60,000 nucleotides of DNA from Malacoraja senta (GCA_038087875.1 CM075994.1:6326001-6386000), one strand, 5' to 3'; positions 24,517 to 37,029 are shown, counted from the first letter of the stretch. Notes: generated by a model from the sequence alone, not told the origin. A program made the numbers and translations.

Positions 24517-24639
24517 CGATCCGATTTTTAACCAGGTACAGGCAGGACAATGCGGCGATCCCGAACACAAGTCCAAGCGCGGCGGCGATCAAAATGTCAC
24601 TTCCAGTGAGCGAGGGGCAATTCGGTCCGCTGTCACCGT
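24517..24639 (-). CDS. Mucin-like dual-ITIM receptor, exon 3 (transmembrane)
   Basis: Acceptor ctctttctgatag, donor G|gtgagt, 123 nt, phase 1-1. Encodes (D)GDSGPNCPSLTGSDILIAAALGLVFGIAALSCLYLVKNRI, a 22-aa hydrophobic helix followed by KNR. Confidence 0.88.
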
Positions 24640-24942
24640 CTATCAGAAAGAGTTGTTACAAAACGGGTCGCTGGTAAACCACTACATTTGCTCTATTGGT
24701 CGTTGGTCAGGGTTCATATGTGTGAAACATGCCCAGAGTATTGTGAGCGGGTGGGGGGGCCCTACTGGGAAATTGTCACAGTGGCGTATCGGTAAAGTTG
24801 CTCCCTCACAGAGCCAGAACTAGTGTATGGGGTGATCGCTGGTCGGCGTAGACACGTCACGGGAAAAGGATGCAATAGGAATCTGAGGGGTAACTTTTTC
24901 ACACAAAGGGTGGTGGGTGTATGGAACAAGCTGCCGGCGGAG

Positions 24943-27900
24943 CAGGGCCGGATTTAGATGAAGTGGCTGTTCCACTTTTGAGGCCCCTCCCAATCCCCCA
25001 CCCCACGACTAGAGGAAGATGGTCCACCAGATTGACACCAAGTTGCAGCCGAGCGTGGCCAATGAGATAAAGGGCTGGAAAGCTGCGCTTTTTATTTAAT
25101 TATTTATTGCCAGTGCTAGTGTCGAATTATCGGCTTAAAACACTATTATTCTGAAATGGAGGGCAAGGAAAATTACTGAAGGGTTGTTCAGAGACTACAG
25201 TGCGTTGTGACAGCATATGTAAGAAAGGCCTATGTCAAAAATATTATACACCTTGCAGGGCTCTCACTAAACTTTTATTTTCTGTTGTCAACCGGGCAAC
25301 CTCGGCAGCTTTTTAAGTTGCCAAATGACAGTTTAGGTGGTCATTTAAGACGGCTTGCATGACGCATGCGATAATGTGCTCGGACGAAGTGCGTAGTTAC
25401 CAGTCGGAATTATGCTCAATGAAGCATTCACATATAATTTCTGCTTCAAATAAAGTCACAAACTAAACATATTAACCAACCAAGACATGATATATACCAC
25501 AATGACATGCAGCAAAATTATAATACAGTATCTGAACTCTTTTTACACATTGCAAGGAATGCAATTTCTATTATTTCTTTCCACTTCCAAACAAAAATGT
25601 GGTTGGATTATTCTGCATATGATCAACTTCGGTGAGACTAAGCGCAGGCTTGGCGATCGCTTCGCACGACACCTCCACTCAGTTCGCAATAACCAACCTG
25701 ACCTCCGGTGGCTCAACACTTCAACTCCCCCTCCCATTCCGTATCCGACCTTTCTGTCCTGGGCCTCCTCCATGGCCAGTGAGGCCCACCGCAAATTGGA
25801 GGAGCAGCACCTCATATTAGCTTGGGTAGTTTACACCCCAGCGGTATGAACATTGGCTTCCCTAATTTCAGGTAGTCCTTGCTTTCTCCTTCCCCTCCCA
25901 TTCCCAGCTCTCCCACAGCCTACTGTACCGCCTCTTCCTTTCTTTTTCGTGTCCCCCCCGACATCAATCTGAAGAAGGGTATCGACCCGAAACGTCGCCT
26001 GTTCCTTCGCTTCATAGATGCTGCCTTACCCGTTGATTTTCGTCAGCTTTTATGTCTACCAATGGGATCCCACCACTGGCCACATCTTCCCATCTCCTCC
26101 CCATTGGCTTTCCACAGAGACCGCTCCCTCCGTAACTCCCTGGTCAATTCGTCCCTTCCCACCCAAACCACCGCCTCTCCTGGCACTTTCCCTTGCAACC
26201 GCAGGAAATGCTACACTTGTTGCTTTACCTCCCCCCTTGACTCCATTCAAGAACCCAAGCAGTCTTTCCAGGTGTGGCAGAGGTTTACCTATGCCTCCTT
26301 CAACCTCATCTATTGCATCCGCTGCTCTAGGTGTCAACTGCTCTACATCGGTGAGACCAAGCGTAGGCTTGGCGATCGCTTCGCCCAAAACCTCCGCTTG
26401 GTTCGCAATAACCAACCTGATCTCCCGGTGGCTCAGCACCTCAGCTCCCCCTCCCATTCCGAATCCGACCTTTCTGTCCTGGGCCTCTTCCATGGCGAGA
26501 GTGAGGTCCACCGTAAATTGGAGGAGCAGCACCTCATATTTCACGGGCAGTTTACACCCCAGCGGTATGAACATTGACTGCTTCAATTTCAGGTAGTCCC
26601 TGCTTTCTCCTCCCCTTCCCAGCTCTCCCTCAGCCCATTGCCTCCGCCTCTTCCTTTCTTCTTCCCGTCCCCCCCCCCCACCCTCACATCAGTCTGAAGA
26701 AGGGTCTCGATCCGAAACATCGCCTATTTCCTTCGCTCCATAGATGCTGCCTCACCTGCTGAGTTTCTCCCGCAATTTTGTCTACCCATTCACACAAGTT
26801 CTGTTATCCCACTTTCCTCACCCACTCCCTGCACATTAGGGGCAATTTTACAGAGACAAGTTAACCTACAAAGCCAATGTGTCTTTGGGATGTGGGAGGA
26901 AACCCACACACTTGCAGGGAGAATGTACAAATTCAACACAGACAGTGCCCGAGGACAGGATCGAACACAGATCTCTGGCGTGTGAGGCAGCAAGTCTACC
27001 AGCTGTGCCACTATATATTCTTTTCCAACACACAAAATTATACGTTGATAACTTTGATTACTAAAAAAATGAAAATAACCATTTTCAGTCTTAAATCTCC
27101 AATTGATGCTATGTCCCCCTTTACAGTTACTGTATGTTTTAATTCAGTTCAAGACTGTGGGGCAGTACATTGGCCATAAAGTTGCTGCCTAAAAGTGTCT
27201 CAGACCCGGAATTGATCCTGAATATGGGTGCTGTCTGTATGGAGTTTGCTTCTTTTCCCTTTGATCGCATGGGTTTTGTCCGGGTGCTCTTGTTTCATAG
27301 AAAACATAGACATAGAAAATAGGTGCAGGAGTAGGCCATTCGGCCCTTCGCGCCTGCACCGCCATTCGATATGATCATGGCTGATCATCCAACTCAGCAT
27401 CCCATCCCTGCCTTCTCTCCATACCCCCTGATCCCTTTAGCCACAACGGCCACATCTAACTCCCTCTTAAATATAGCCAATGAACTGGCCTCAACTACCT
27501 TCTGTGGCAGAGAATTCCACAGATTCACATATCTCTGTGTGAAAAAATGATTTTCTCATCTCGGTCCTAAAAGTCTTCCCTCTTATCCTTAAACTGTGAC
27601 CCCTAGTTCTGGACTTCCCCAACATCGGGAATAATCTTCCTGCATCTAGCCTGTCCAACCCCTTAAGAATTTTGTAAGTCCAGTGGTAAATCCGGCTCTG
27701 CGGAGGAGGTAGTTGAGGCAGGTACAATCGCAACGTTTAAGAAACATTTAGACAGGTACATGATAGGATAGGTTTAAGAAACGTTTAAGAAACATTTAGA
27801 CAGGTACATGATAGGATAGGTTTCCTTCCACATTCCAAAGGTGTGCAGGAACCTATTTCAGACCCATCCCAAAATGTAATATTTTCCTTTTGTCCAGCGA

Positions 27901-29315
27901 TTCTGTCTGACCTGTTTTCAAGCTTTTTGTGTCTATCTTCAGTTTAAACCAGAAATCTGCAGTTCCTTCCTACACACACGATACTATACGATAGAATTTT
28001 ATTAATCCCAGGAGGGCAAATTGTGTGTGTGTGTGGGTATATATATTACACGCACGCACGCGCGCGCGCACACGCACGCGCACACGCACACACATATATA
28101 TTTATATAGTTATATATTCATATATAAATATACACCGTTTTGTTTTCTCGTTTATAACATTGTTTACAGAGTACTATGTTTACATAGTCTGTTGTGCTGC
28201 TGCAAGTAAGGATTTCTTTGTTCTAACTGGGCCATGAGAATAAAACACACTTGACTCTTGACTTACGTCGCTAATGTGTGGGATAGAACTAGTGTACAGG
28301 TGATCGGTGGTTGGCGTAGACTCGTTGGGCCGAAGGGTCTGTTTCCACGCTGTATCTTTAAACTAAACTAAAAACACTAACACCAGAGGGAGTCTAAAGA
28401 AGGGTCTCTACCCGACACGTCACCCAATTTCTTCTATCCAGAGTTGCTGGCTGCTCCATGGAGTTCTCCCGCACAATTAAAGCATGGAATAGTCTTCACC
28501 CTACCACAGTTACCCAACCAGACGCAACTAAATTTAAGGTAGCTCTTTTTCCCCCCAAGAACACTTTTTTACTTAAGTCCAAGTCAAGAGTCAAGATAGT
28601 TTTATTGTCATGTGTCCCAGATAGGACAATGAAATTCTTGTTGCTGCAGCACAACAGAATATGTAAACATAATACAGAACAGGAGATAAAAGTTCAGTGT
28701 GTTTATATACCATAGACCATATATATACACAATAAATAAGCAGCTAAAATGCAATAGGCTGTTATTGTTCAGAGTTTGGAGTTTGGTGATGGACCCTCCA
28801 CCACCTGCAGTTTAAATTCCATTTAGAATATTTTTGGAGGACCAGGAAACCAGAAGCAAGAGTTACTCCAGGGAGTTACTCCAGCTCCAGGGAGTGATTC
28901 GGCGTTGGTTTTCAGCGGTCGAGGCGAGGCGGCGACCGGACAGCAATGCCGGCCAGATCTCCCACAATTCAAAGCTAGGGAGAAAGTGCCCAGCGCCGAC
29001 CAGTTGCCGTGGCAGTGCGCATGTGCACGGCGGCCGATGATGTGCTGGCCGTGGTTGTGCGCATGTGCGTGGGGATGGTGTGCTGGCCGTAGCAGTGCGC
29101 ATGTGCAAGGCGGCCGGCTGTGCCGGCAGATGAGGAGCGAGCGGAGAGCGGAGACCCGGCGGCCCGGACAGGGATACGGATGGCGGGCGGAGACGGCGAG
29201 TGGCACAGAGAGAGAGAGATAGAGAGGGGGGCCCGCTCAGAGTTGAACAGCAGGCCCCCTAGATTTCGACGCCCCAGGCTTCAGCCTATGAATCCTAGTG
29301 GTAAATCCGGCTCAG
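24943..29315. mobile_element. hAT-like element with nested insertions, inserted into a CR1 3' end
   Basis: Termini cagggccggattt / aaatccggctc(t/a)g. 8-bp flanks cggcggag (24935) and cggaggag (27701 and 29316). Confidence 0.55.
25625..26790 (+). mobile_element. Penelope-like element, partial tandem (GIY-YIG plus pLTR, twice)
   Basis: NLIYCIRCSRCQLLYIGETKRRLGDRF..RKLEEQHLI. The 3' segment occurs twice (25625-26060 and 26350-26790). Confidence 0.88.
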
Positions 29316-30859
29316 CGGAGGAGGTAGTTGAGGCAGGTACAATCGCAACGTTTAAGAAACATTTAGACAGGTACATGATAGGATAGGTTTAAAGGGATAT
29401 GGGCCGAACACATATTGGCCGGTATGGGCAGGTTGGGCCGAAGGGCTGTTTCCACGCTGTGTGACTATGACTCTTTGACAATCTCCTTTGAACTTTGCTC
29501 CTCTGAATGAAAAGATGGGCCCTCTAGTCTTTGACATTTCCACCCTGGAAAATGGTTCTGATTGTCCACCCCCTCGATGCCAATCATAATGTTGCATACT
29601 TCGATCAGGTCTGGTCGAATGTACAGCGATGGACACGATTTAGTAGGGAGGAAGGTCTTTGAAGGCTACACTTTGTTTCGCGAAACCGCAGCGAGAGTAT
29701 GAGACCTGCACACTTGGCAGCAAGACTCACAACTGGGGAGTCAAAGATAGGTCATCTACCCACAGACATCCCTCGGTCTCAGCTTAATGCAAGGCGGTGA
29801 CTTGGTCAGAGGGGAAATGCCTGTGGGAGTGGGCGATCTGCCATCGCCCGCACCTCCCCCATTCTAAGCCACGGCCAGTGTCACACGGCATCGGCCTGAA
29901 TGTGAGACATCTGTTGTTTCCTTCCCAAATTTACTGCAGCTGAGCAGGCGGCCATTTGGCCCACAGAGTCGCTGCTGGTCCGTGGGAAGATGGAATCAAT
30001 TAGTCGCTCTACTCGCCCCCAATCTTTGGGGCTCGGGAGTTTCCCGAAGCGAGAAGATAATAATGAGATCACAAAGTGCTGGAGAACCTCAGCTGGTCAG
30101 GCAGCATCGCTGGAGAACATGGATAGATGAGGTGCAGCGGTAGAGTTGCTGCCTTACAGCGCCAGAGACTCGGGTTCGAGTGTGGAGACTACGGATTCGG
30201 CCTGTGTGGAGTTTGTACGTTCTCTCTGTGACCCCGTGGGGTTTCTCCGAGTTTTCCGGTTTCCTCCATCATCACAAAGGCGTGAAGGTATTTCGGGTAA
30301 TTGGCTTCTGTAAATCTGTCCCTGGAGTGTAGGATACTGATAATGTACGGGGTGATCGCTGGTAGGTGGGGACTCAGTGGGCCGAAGAACCTGTTTCTGC
30401 ACTGTATCTAGTCTAATGTCTGAAGTCCAGTGACGGTTCGGGCCGGGACCCCTTCTTCAGATCACCCGCAAAAGTGGACGCAGAAGATAAACACAAAATG
30501 CTGGAGTAACTCAGCGGGTCAGGCAGCATCTCTGGAAGAAAAAGGAATAGGTGACCTTTCGTGTCGAGACCCTTCATCAGAATGAGAATCAGGGGCGAGG
30601 GATATTGAGGTATGAGAGGTACAGAACAAAGCAGTGCCAGCATAGATCACGCAGGAAAGGTGGAGCCCACAATGGTCCATTGTTGGCTGGGGACGAGGTG
30701 ATAACGAAAGAGTACACACGGTGAAATTAGCAAGAGAAGCAGGGTGGGTGAGGGACATTGACGGAGGGAATGCAAGGCTTACCAACGCAGGTTGCATTAA
30801 AAAAGTGGGATTGAGTGGGGTCGGGAAGGGTTAGGACGGAATTCTAATACCTGATCACA

Positions 30860-31505
30860 AGGTCATAATGTCATAATTGATAGGAACAGAATAAGGCCAT
30901 TTAGCCTATCAAGTCTACTCCACCACTCAATCATGCCTGATCTATCTCTCCCTCCTAACACAATTCTCCTGCCTTCTCCCCATAAATCCTGACACCCGTA
31001 ATAGTCAGGAATCTCTGCCTTAAAACATATCAATTGACTTGGCATCCACAGCCTTCTGTGGCAAAGAATTCCACAGATTCACCACCCTCGGATTAAAGAA
31101 ATACCTCCTCATCTGGGTCTCTATTCATTGGAGAGGAGGAAGATGAGGGGTGATCTTATTGATATGTGTAAAATCATGAGAGGAAAAGATCGGGTAGATG
31201 TACAGAAACTCTTGCCCAGAGTAGGGGATTCGAGGACAAGAGGACATAGGTTCAAGGTGAAGGGGAAAAGATTTCATAGGAATCTGAGGGGTAACTTTTT
31301 CACACTAAGGGTGCTGGGTGTCTTGAACAAGCTGCCAGAGGAGGTAGTTGAGGCTGGCGTTATTCCAACGTTTAAGAAACTGTTAGACAAGTACATGGAT
31401 AGGACAAGTTTGGAGGGATAAGGACTAAGCGTAGGCAGGTGGGGCATGTTGGCCGGTTTGGGCTGAAGGGCCTGTTTCCGCACTATTGCTCTATGCTCTA
31501 TGACT
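30860..31505. mobile_element. Two CR1 3' fragments in opposite orientation
   Basis: ERRKMRGDLI..RTRGHRFKVKG..LPEEVVEAG on the plus strand and a CR1 3'UTR on the minus strand. Confidence 0.85.
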
Positions 31506-31572
31506 CTTAAAGGAACGTCCTTTAATTCTGAGACTATGACCTCTTGTCCTAGACTCTCCCACTAGTTTTTAC

Positions 31573-31707
31573 CTGTGGATTTGGTCAGACTGCTCCATGA
31601 TGTATCGGTTATAGCCTCATTCATAACTGTGGTCTCCGTCATCGTTCTCGCTCCCCTAGCTGTCTCCATTTTACCCGTCGGCGCCGAAATGACCAGGACA
31701 CCAAAGG
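31573..31707 (-). CDS. Mucin-like dual-ITIM receptor, exon 2 (end of signal peptide plus Thr/Ser-rich ectodomain)
   Basis: Acceptor ctctctttttcacctgacatttgtttag, donor CAG|gtaaaa, 135 nt, phase 1-1. Encodes (T)FGVLVISAPTGKMETARGARTMTETTVMNEAITDTSWSSLTKST. Confidence 0.85.
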
Positions 31708-32480
31708 CTAAACAAATGTCAGGTGAAAAAGAGAGAGGAAATTCAACGCCATATTCAGCTCAAGCAAACACAAACAGATTAATATTCTCTCACCAACACT
31801 GTACAATGTTATGGGTTTAGTCCCTATTTCCCTTTATCCAGTATCCACCAGCGAATATTAGCGGCGGATGTTCTGCCTCACAGCGCCAGAGACCCGGGTT
31901 CGATCCTGACTACGGGTGCTATCTGTACGGAGTTTGAACATTCTCCCCGTGACCACCTGGGATTTCTTCGAAATCTTCGGTTTCCTCCCACACTCCAAAT
32001 GCGTACAGGTTTGTAGATCAATTCGCTAAAAATAAAAATTGTGCCGGTCGGTACAGACTCGGTGGGCCGAAGAAGCAGTTTTCGTGTACCTCAAAGCTAA
32101 ACTGAAAAAAAAAACTCGCACTTCGTTTTTCACTCAAGATTCCAGCATGAAGTCACAGTCATATAATCATACAGCGTGGAAAAAGCCACCTTCAGCCCAA
32201 ATTGCCCACACCGACCAACTTGCCCCATTTACACTAGTCCCACCTGCTTGCGTTTGGCACATGTCCCTCTGAACCTATCCTATCCATGTATTTATCTAAA
32301 TTGTTCTTAAACGTTGGAATTATACCTATCTTCTCTGGCACCTACCACACTTTGTGTTAACAAGTTGCCCCTCAGGTTCCTATTAAATATCCCCCCCCCC
32401 CACCCCCACCCAACGTAAACCTATATCTCACTTTCTCCCAAAATAAACAAAAAACTACTTCCCTCCATCATGGCACTTAC

Positions 32481-32508
32481 TCAGTATTACAAGGTACACG
32501 GGAAGCAT
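32481..32508 (-). CDS. Mucin-like dual-ITIM receptor, exon 1 (start and leader)
   Basis: agaagATG with A at -3, MLPVYLVIL plus A|gtaagt (phase 1). Joins exon 2 to give the signal peptide MLPVYLVILTFGVLVIS/A. Confidence 0.8.
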
Positions 32509-33950
32509 CTTCTGCTGTCCAACCCCGATGCCAATTCAGGCTCACTATCCCCGGCGTCAAGCTGAGTTTATCTGGTGGGTTTCTCTCTTGATATTCTTGT
32601 CCAGTGGCCGACAGATATATAAATAATTTTCGCGTTGTAGCATGGGTGTGAATTTTAATTTAAATGGCCCGTGCTCCTTTCCCCACCCACTTCGCATCTC
32701 CAATTAGAGATGGAACACATACTATCCTTTATCTCTGTTAACCTTTTCCAGCGCAGCGGTTGATTTGCAGCGGCTGAGATCTGGGTTCGATCCTGACCTC
32801 GGGTGCTGCCTGTGTGGAGTTTACACGTTTTCCATGTGAATGCGTGGGTTTTCTCTGGGTGCTCCGGTTTCACACACTCCAAAGACGTACTAGTTTGTAG
32901 GTTTATTGACTAACTTTAGTTTAGATATACCGTGCGGAAACAGCCCCTTCCCCCCCCCCCCCCCCCCCCCACCGAGCCCGCACCGACCACGATCCCCGCA
33001 CACTACCACTATCCGACACACACTGGGGACAATTTGCAATTATACCGAAGCCAATTAACTTACGAAACTGAACGTGTTTGGAATGTGGGAGGAAACCGAA
33101 GATCTCAGAGAAAATCCACAGGGGGAACGTGCACACGCTGTACAGACCACATAGGCAGTCCCTGTCGTCTCGGCTATATTTTCAACTCTGACAGCACCCG
33201 TTGTCAGGATCGAACCAGGGTCTCTGGCGCTGTGAGGCAGCAACTGTACTGCTGCGCCACCGTGCCGCACTACTTTGGGAAAACAATTGCAAAAGTGTCC
33301 CCAGTACAAGTGTATGGGGTGATCGCTGATCGGCACAGACTTGAGGGACTGTTTCCGCGATGAAGAAAGGTCTCGACCCGAAACGTCACCCATTCCTTCT
33401 CTCCAGAGACACTGAGTTACTCCAGCATTTTGTGTCTATTGTCTGTATCCCTCAGTCCGAAGCCTCTCCCCTCGCTTGATTCTATCAGCCTACCAGCGTG
33501 GGTTTCCTCCGAGATCTTCAGTTTCCTCCCACATACAGGTCTGTACCTGACTGGCTTGGCCGAAGTGTAAATTGTCCCGAGTATGTTTAGGATAGTATAA
33601 ATGCGCGGGGATCGCTGGTCGGTGCGGACTCGGTGGGCCGAAGGGCCTGTTTCCACGCGGTATCTTTAAACTAAACTAAAGTCTTATTGTTATTATTGCA
33701 TTATTATTGTTTTTTTCTATGTACATATATGCCTATTAAGTGCGTATGTGCGCGAATATATTTATGAATATAAAAAAAGATAGACACAAAATGCTGGAGT
33801 AACTAAGCGGGACAGGCAGCATCTCTGGAGATAAGGAATGGGTGACGTTACGGGTCGAGACCCTTCTGCAGACTGTCCCGCTGAATATAGCATTTAGTGT
33901 CTATATTCGGTTTAAAACACCATCTGCAGTTCCTTCATATTCATATATAT

Positions 33951-33952
<2 letters not shown>

Positions 33953-34046
<94 letters not shown>
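33953..34046. repeat. (AC)n microsatellite, about 47 units
   Basis: Read directly from the sequence. Confidence 0.98.
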
Positions 34047-34049
<3 letters not shown>

Positions 34050-34072
34050 TATACACATATGGTACACTGTAA

Positions 34073-34102
34073 ACATTTGCGTATTATGTGCGTATGTGTG
34101 CT

Positions 34103-34160
<58 letters not shown>

Positions 34161-34190
34161 AGCACACATACGCACATAATACGCAAATGT
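34073..34190. repeat. Perfect 118-bp palindrome centred on (TA)25
   Basis: acatttgcgtattatgtgcgtatgtgtgcttgtg-(ta)25-cacaagcacacatacgcacataatacgcaaatgt. Confidence 0.92.
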
Positions 34191-34917
34191 ACATAAAAAG
34201 TAACAATAACAATGCAATAATAACAATAATGGTGTGTGTGTGTGTGTTTACAGTGTACCATATTTACACATATTGTTGTGCTGCTGTAAGGTAAGAATTT
34301 TATTGTTCAATCTGGGGCATATGACAATAAAACACTCTTGATTCTTGACGAGATGATACCTGAGGGAGAAGGAAACATGAATTGTTGTTGGTTGGTTGAA
34401 ATGAATGGTTGGATTCCATGAAAAGGAATCATACATTTCAGTTCAGAAATACAGCATTTAAAAAACATTTTAATAGAATGATCCCGGGGTTGAGTTGGGT
34501 TAACATAAGATGAGCGTTTGATGGCAATGGGCCTGTACTCGCTGGAGTTTAGAAGGATGAGGGGGATTATCACTGAAACTTAACAGATGTTTTCACGAGG
34601 GGGAGAGTCTAGGATCACTGTACGGGTGTCAGGGGTTATGGGGAGAAGACAGGAGAATGGGGTTGAGAGGGAAAGATAGATCAGCCAAGATTGAATGGCG
34701 GAGTAAACTCGATGGGCTTTCTGCTCCTATGACTTATGAACATGAACTTCCTTTCCTCGGCACTGAGTTCTGATGCGGTTCTTGTCCAGCATTTCTTTGC
34801 CTTCACAAATGCTGCTCGAACTGCTGAGATCCTCCAACAGGTTATGTTTTTCTTGCTACAGATTCCAGTAACTGCAGTCTCTTGTGACTCAATAACAACC
34901 TGCTCTTTGGAGAAGAC

Positions 34918-34987
34918 ATGGCCAGGAGAGTTCCTGAGATTCACTCCCTCATCGGGATATTTTGGCTGCTGTTGAGCGACCCTGGAG
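34918..34987 (+). pseudogene. CD2/SLAM-family locus, leader exon
   Basis: gacATGG Kozak context, MARRVPEIHSLIGIFWLLLSDPG plus G|gtgagt (phase 1). Continues in frame as GLGQTA in the V exons. Confidence 0.75.
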
Positions 34988-35447
34988 GTGAGTCCATGCC
35001 TTGAGCTAGGGATGGGGGTGGCGGTAGGGTGGAAGAAGGTGTGCTACATAGAACAGTACAGCACATGAACAGGCCATTCAGCCCACAACATCCATGCCGA
35101 ACACGATGCCAAGTTAAAGTAAGGTCCTCTGCCTGCATATAATACATATCAATGCATTCCCTGTATATCAATTAGCCTTTCCAAAAGCCACACAAACCCC
35201 GCTATCGTATCTGCCCTCCACCGCCACTTCCAGCAGCGCAATCCAGACACCAACCACTCTTGGTGTAAACAAAAACATGTGGTGCCCCAGTCATCTCCCA
35301 CATCCCAAAGGCGTGCATGTGTGTAAGTTAATTGCCCACAGTGCGTATGGAGTGGATGCGAAAGTGGAATGATATAGAACCTGCATGATCAGGTGATCCA
35401 TGGTTGATGTGAATTTGGTGGGCTGAGGGGCCTGTTTCCATGCTCGC

Positions 35448-35485
<38 letters not shown>

Positions 35486-35549
35486 CGTCCGTCCGTCCGT
35501 CCGTCTGTCTGTCTGTCTGTCTGTCTGTCCTTATCCATCCACCTATCCA

Positions 35550-36190
35550 GGTGGTACAAATACCTGGGAGTGTACATGGACAGTAAACTGGACTGGTCCA
35601 GGAACGCTGAAGCAATGTACAAGAAGGGACAGAGCTGCCTGTACTTTTTGAAAAGGCTCAGCTCCTTCAACATCTACAGTGAGATACTGCAGATGTTCTA
35701 CCAACCGGTGGTAGCCAGTGCCATCTTCTTCACTGCCGTGTGCTGGGGCAGCAGGGCGAAGGCTGCGGATGGTAACAGGATCAATAAACTCATCAGGAAG
35801 ACTGGCTCCGACCTGGGGACAGAGTTGGATTCATGGGAGGTCGTCTTGGAGGGGAGGATGCTCCTCAAACTGCGTAGCACCTTGGACAATACAACTCACC
35901 TCCTCCATGACACATGGGTCAACATGAGGGGCACCTTCTGCAACTGACTGCTTCCACGAAGATGCAGGACAGAACGTCACAGGAGATCCTTCTTCCCTGT
36001 GGCTATCAAACATTACAACTCCTCCCCCTCTGTCGTGGTGTAGACTGAGACTGACACCCCCCCCCCCTCAATCTTTGCACATCCCCAAAGCCTACCAACT
36101 TATCACTTGATTTTCATGTTTCATGTTTAATTATTTTATGACTGTTGGCAAATTAATTTCGCTCCTGGGATAAATAAAGTTCCATTGTTT
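35550..36190 (+). mobile_element. Rex1/Babar-type LINE 3' fragment
   Basis: YKYLGV..LDWSRN..LYFLKRLSSFN..MFYQPVVASAIFF motifs. Confidence 0.8.
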
Positions 36191-36257
36191 CATATCGTAT
36201 CTATCTCAAAGCTTTTCACGGTACCTCGGTACATGTGACAATAAACTAACCTAAATT

Positions 36258-36480
36258 ATCTATCTATCTATCCATCTATCCATCTATCCATCTATCTAAT
36301 CTAATCTATCTAATCTATCTATCTAAATAATCTATCTAAATAATCTATCTATATAATCTATCTATATAATCTATCTATATAATCTATCAATATATCTAAT
36401 CTATCTAACATATCAACCTATCTAATCTATCTAGTTTATTTATCAATCTATTTAATTTATCAATCTAATCTATCCATCCA
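36258..36480. repeat. (TCTA)n-type compound microsatellite. A (TCTG/TCCG)n tract also lies at 35447-35530
   Basis: Read directly from the sequence. Confidence 0.95.
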
Positions 36481-36700
36481 GACAGGGTTCAATCACAACC
36501 TCCAGAAATGTCTGTGTGGAGTTTTCATATTCTGCCTGTGACGGACCCTTGCTAACTCCAAATTGAAGATGTGAGGTGATGCCATGGGTAGACCTGCTGC
36601 CCTTGCCCATTGGGTTGGGACAACTCACTGCCATGCTGGGAAACTATGAACACAAACACACCCGAGCTGATGGCACTAATACCTTGTCCTTGTGTTTCAA

Positions 36701-37029
36701 GTCTGGGACAGACAGCTTGAAAACCAGGCACTCGCCGCTTGGAGAATGGGACACTCGGGCAGTCAGTCACATTACCAGGATGTATCTCAGGAGAAAACAT
36801 TTCAATCCTCACTTGGGATTACCAAAGTTAACCAACAACAGGAAATATCCCATTATGTATGAAAACTCAATCAGTCCAACAAAATATGGCAAACAGCGAA
36901 TCAGATTAAATTTAAAAGACTGTAGTCAAGGAATACAGAACCTAACAGAACGTGATCAAGGTCTATATGAAATGAATTTAACGACGAATCAGGGGCTCCA
37001 TGTACAAGTGACAGAACTGAACATTTATG
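36701..37029 (+). pseudogene. CD2/SLAM-type Ig V exon, copy 1 (disabled)
   Basis: NGTLGQSVTLPG..LTWDY..RIRLNLKDCSQGIQNLTERDQGLYEM..ELNIY|gt. Acceptor mutated to caa, two stop codons and a frameshift. Confidence 0.85.

Noticed and set aside
29640..30070. Unique sequence in intron 2 as a missing ectodomain exon
   Set aside because: The phase-1 readings from the acceptors I tried hit stop codons, and no Ig motif is visible.
33897..34294. HT-, YI- and CV-repeat ORFs (also at 17199-17598, 28021-28237 and 48790-49229)
   Set aside because: Translations of microsatellites.
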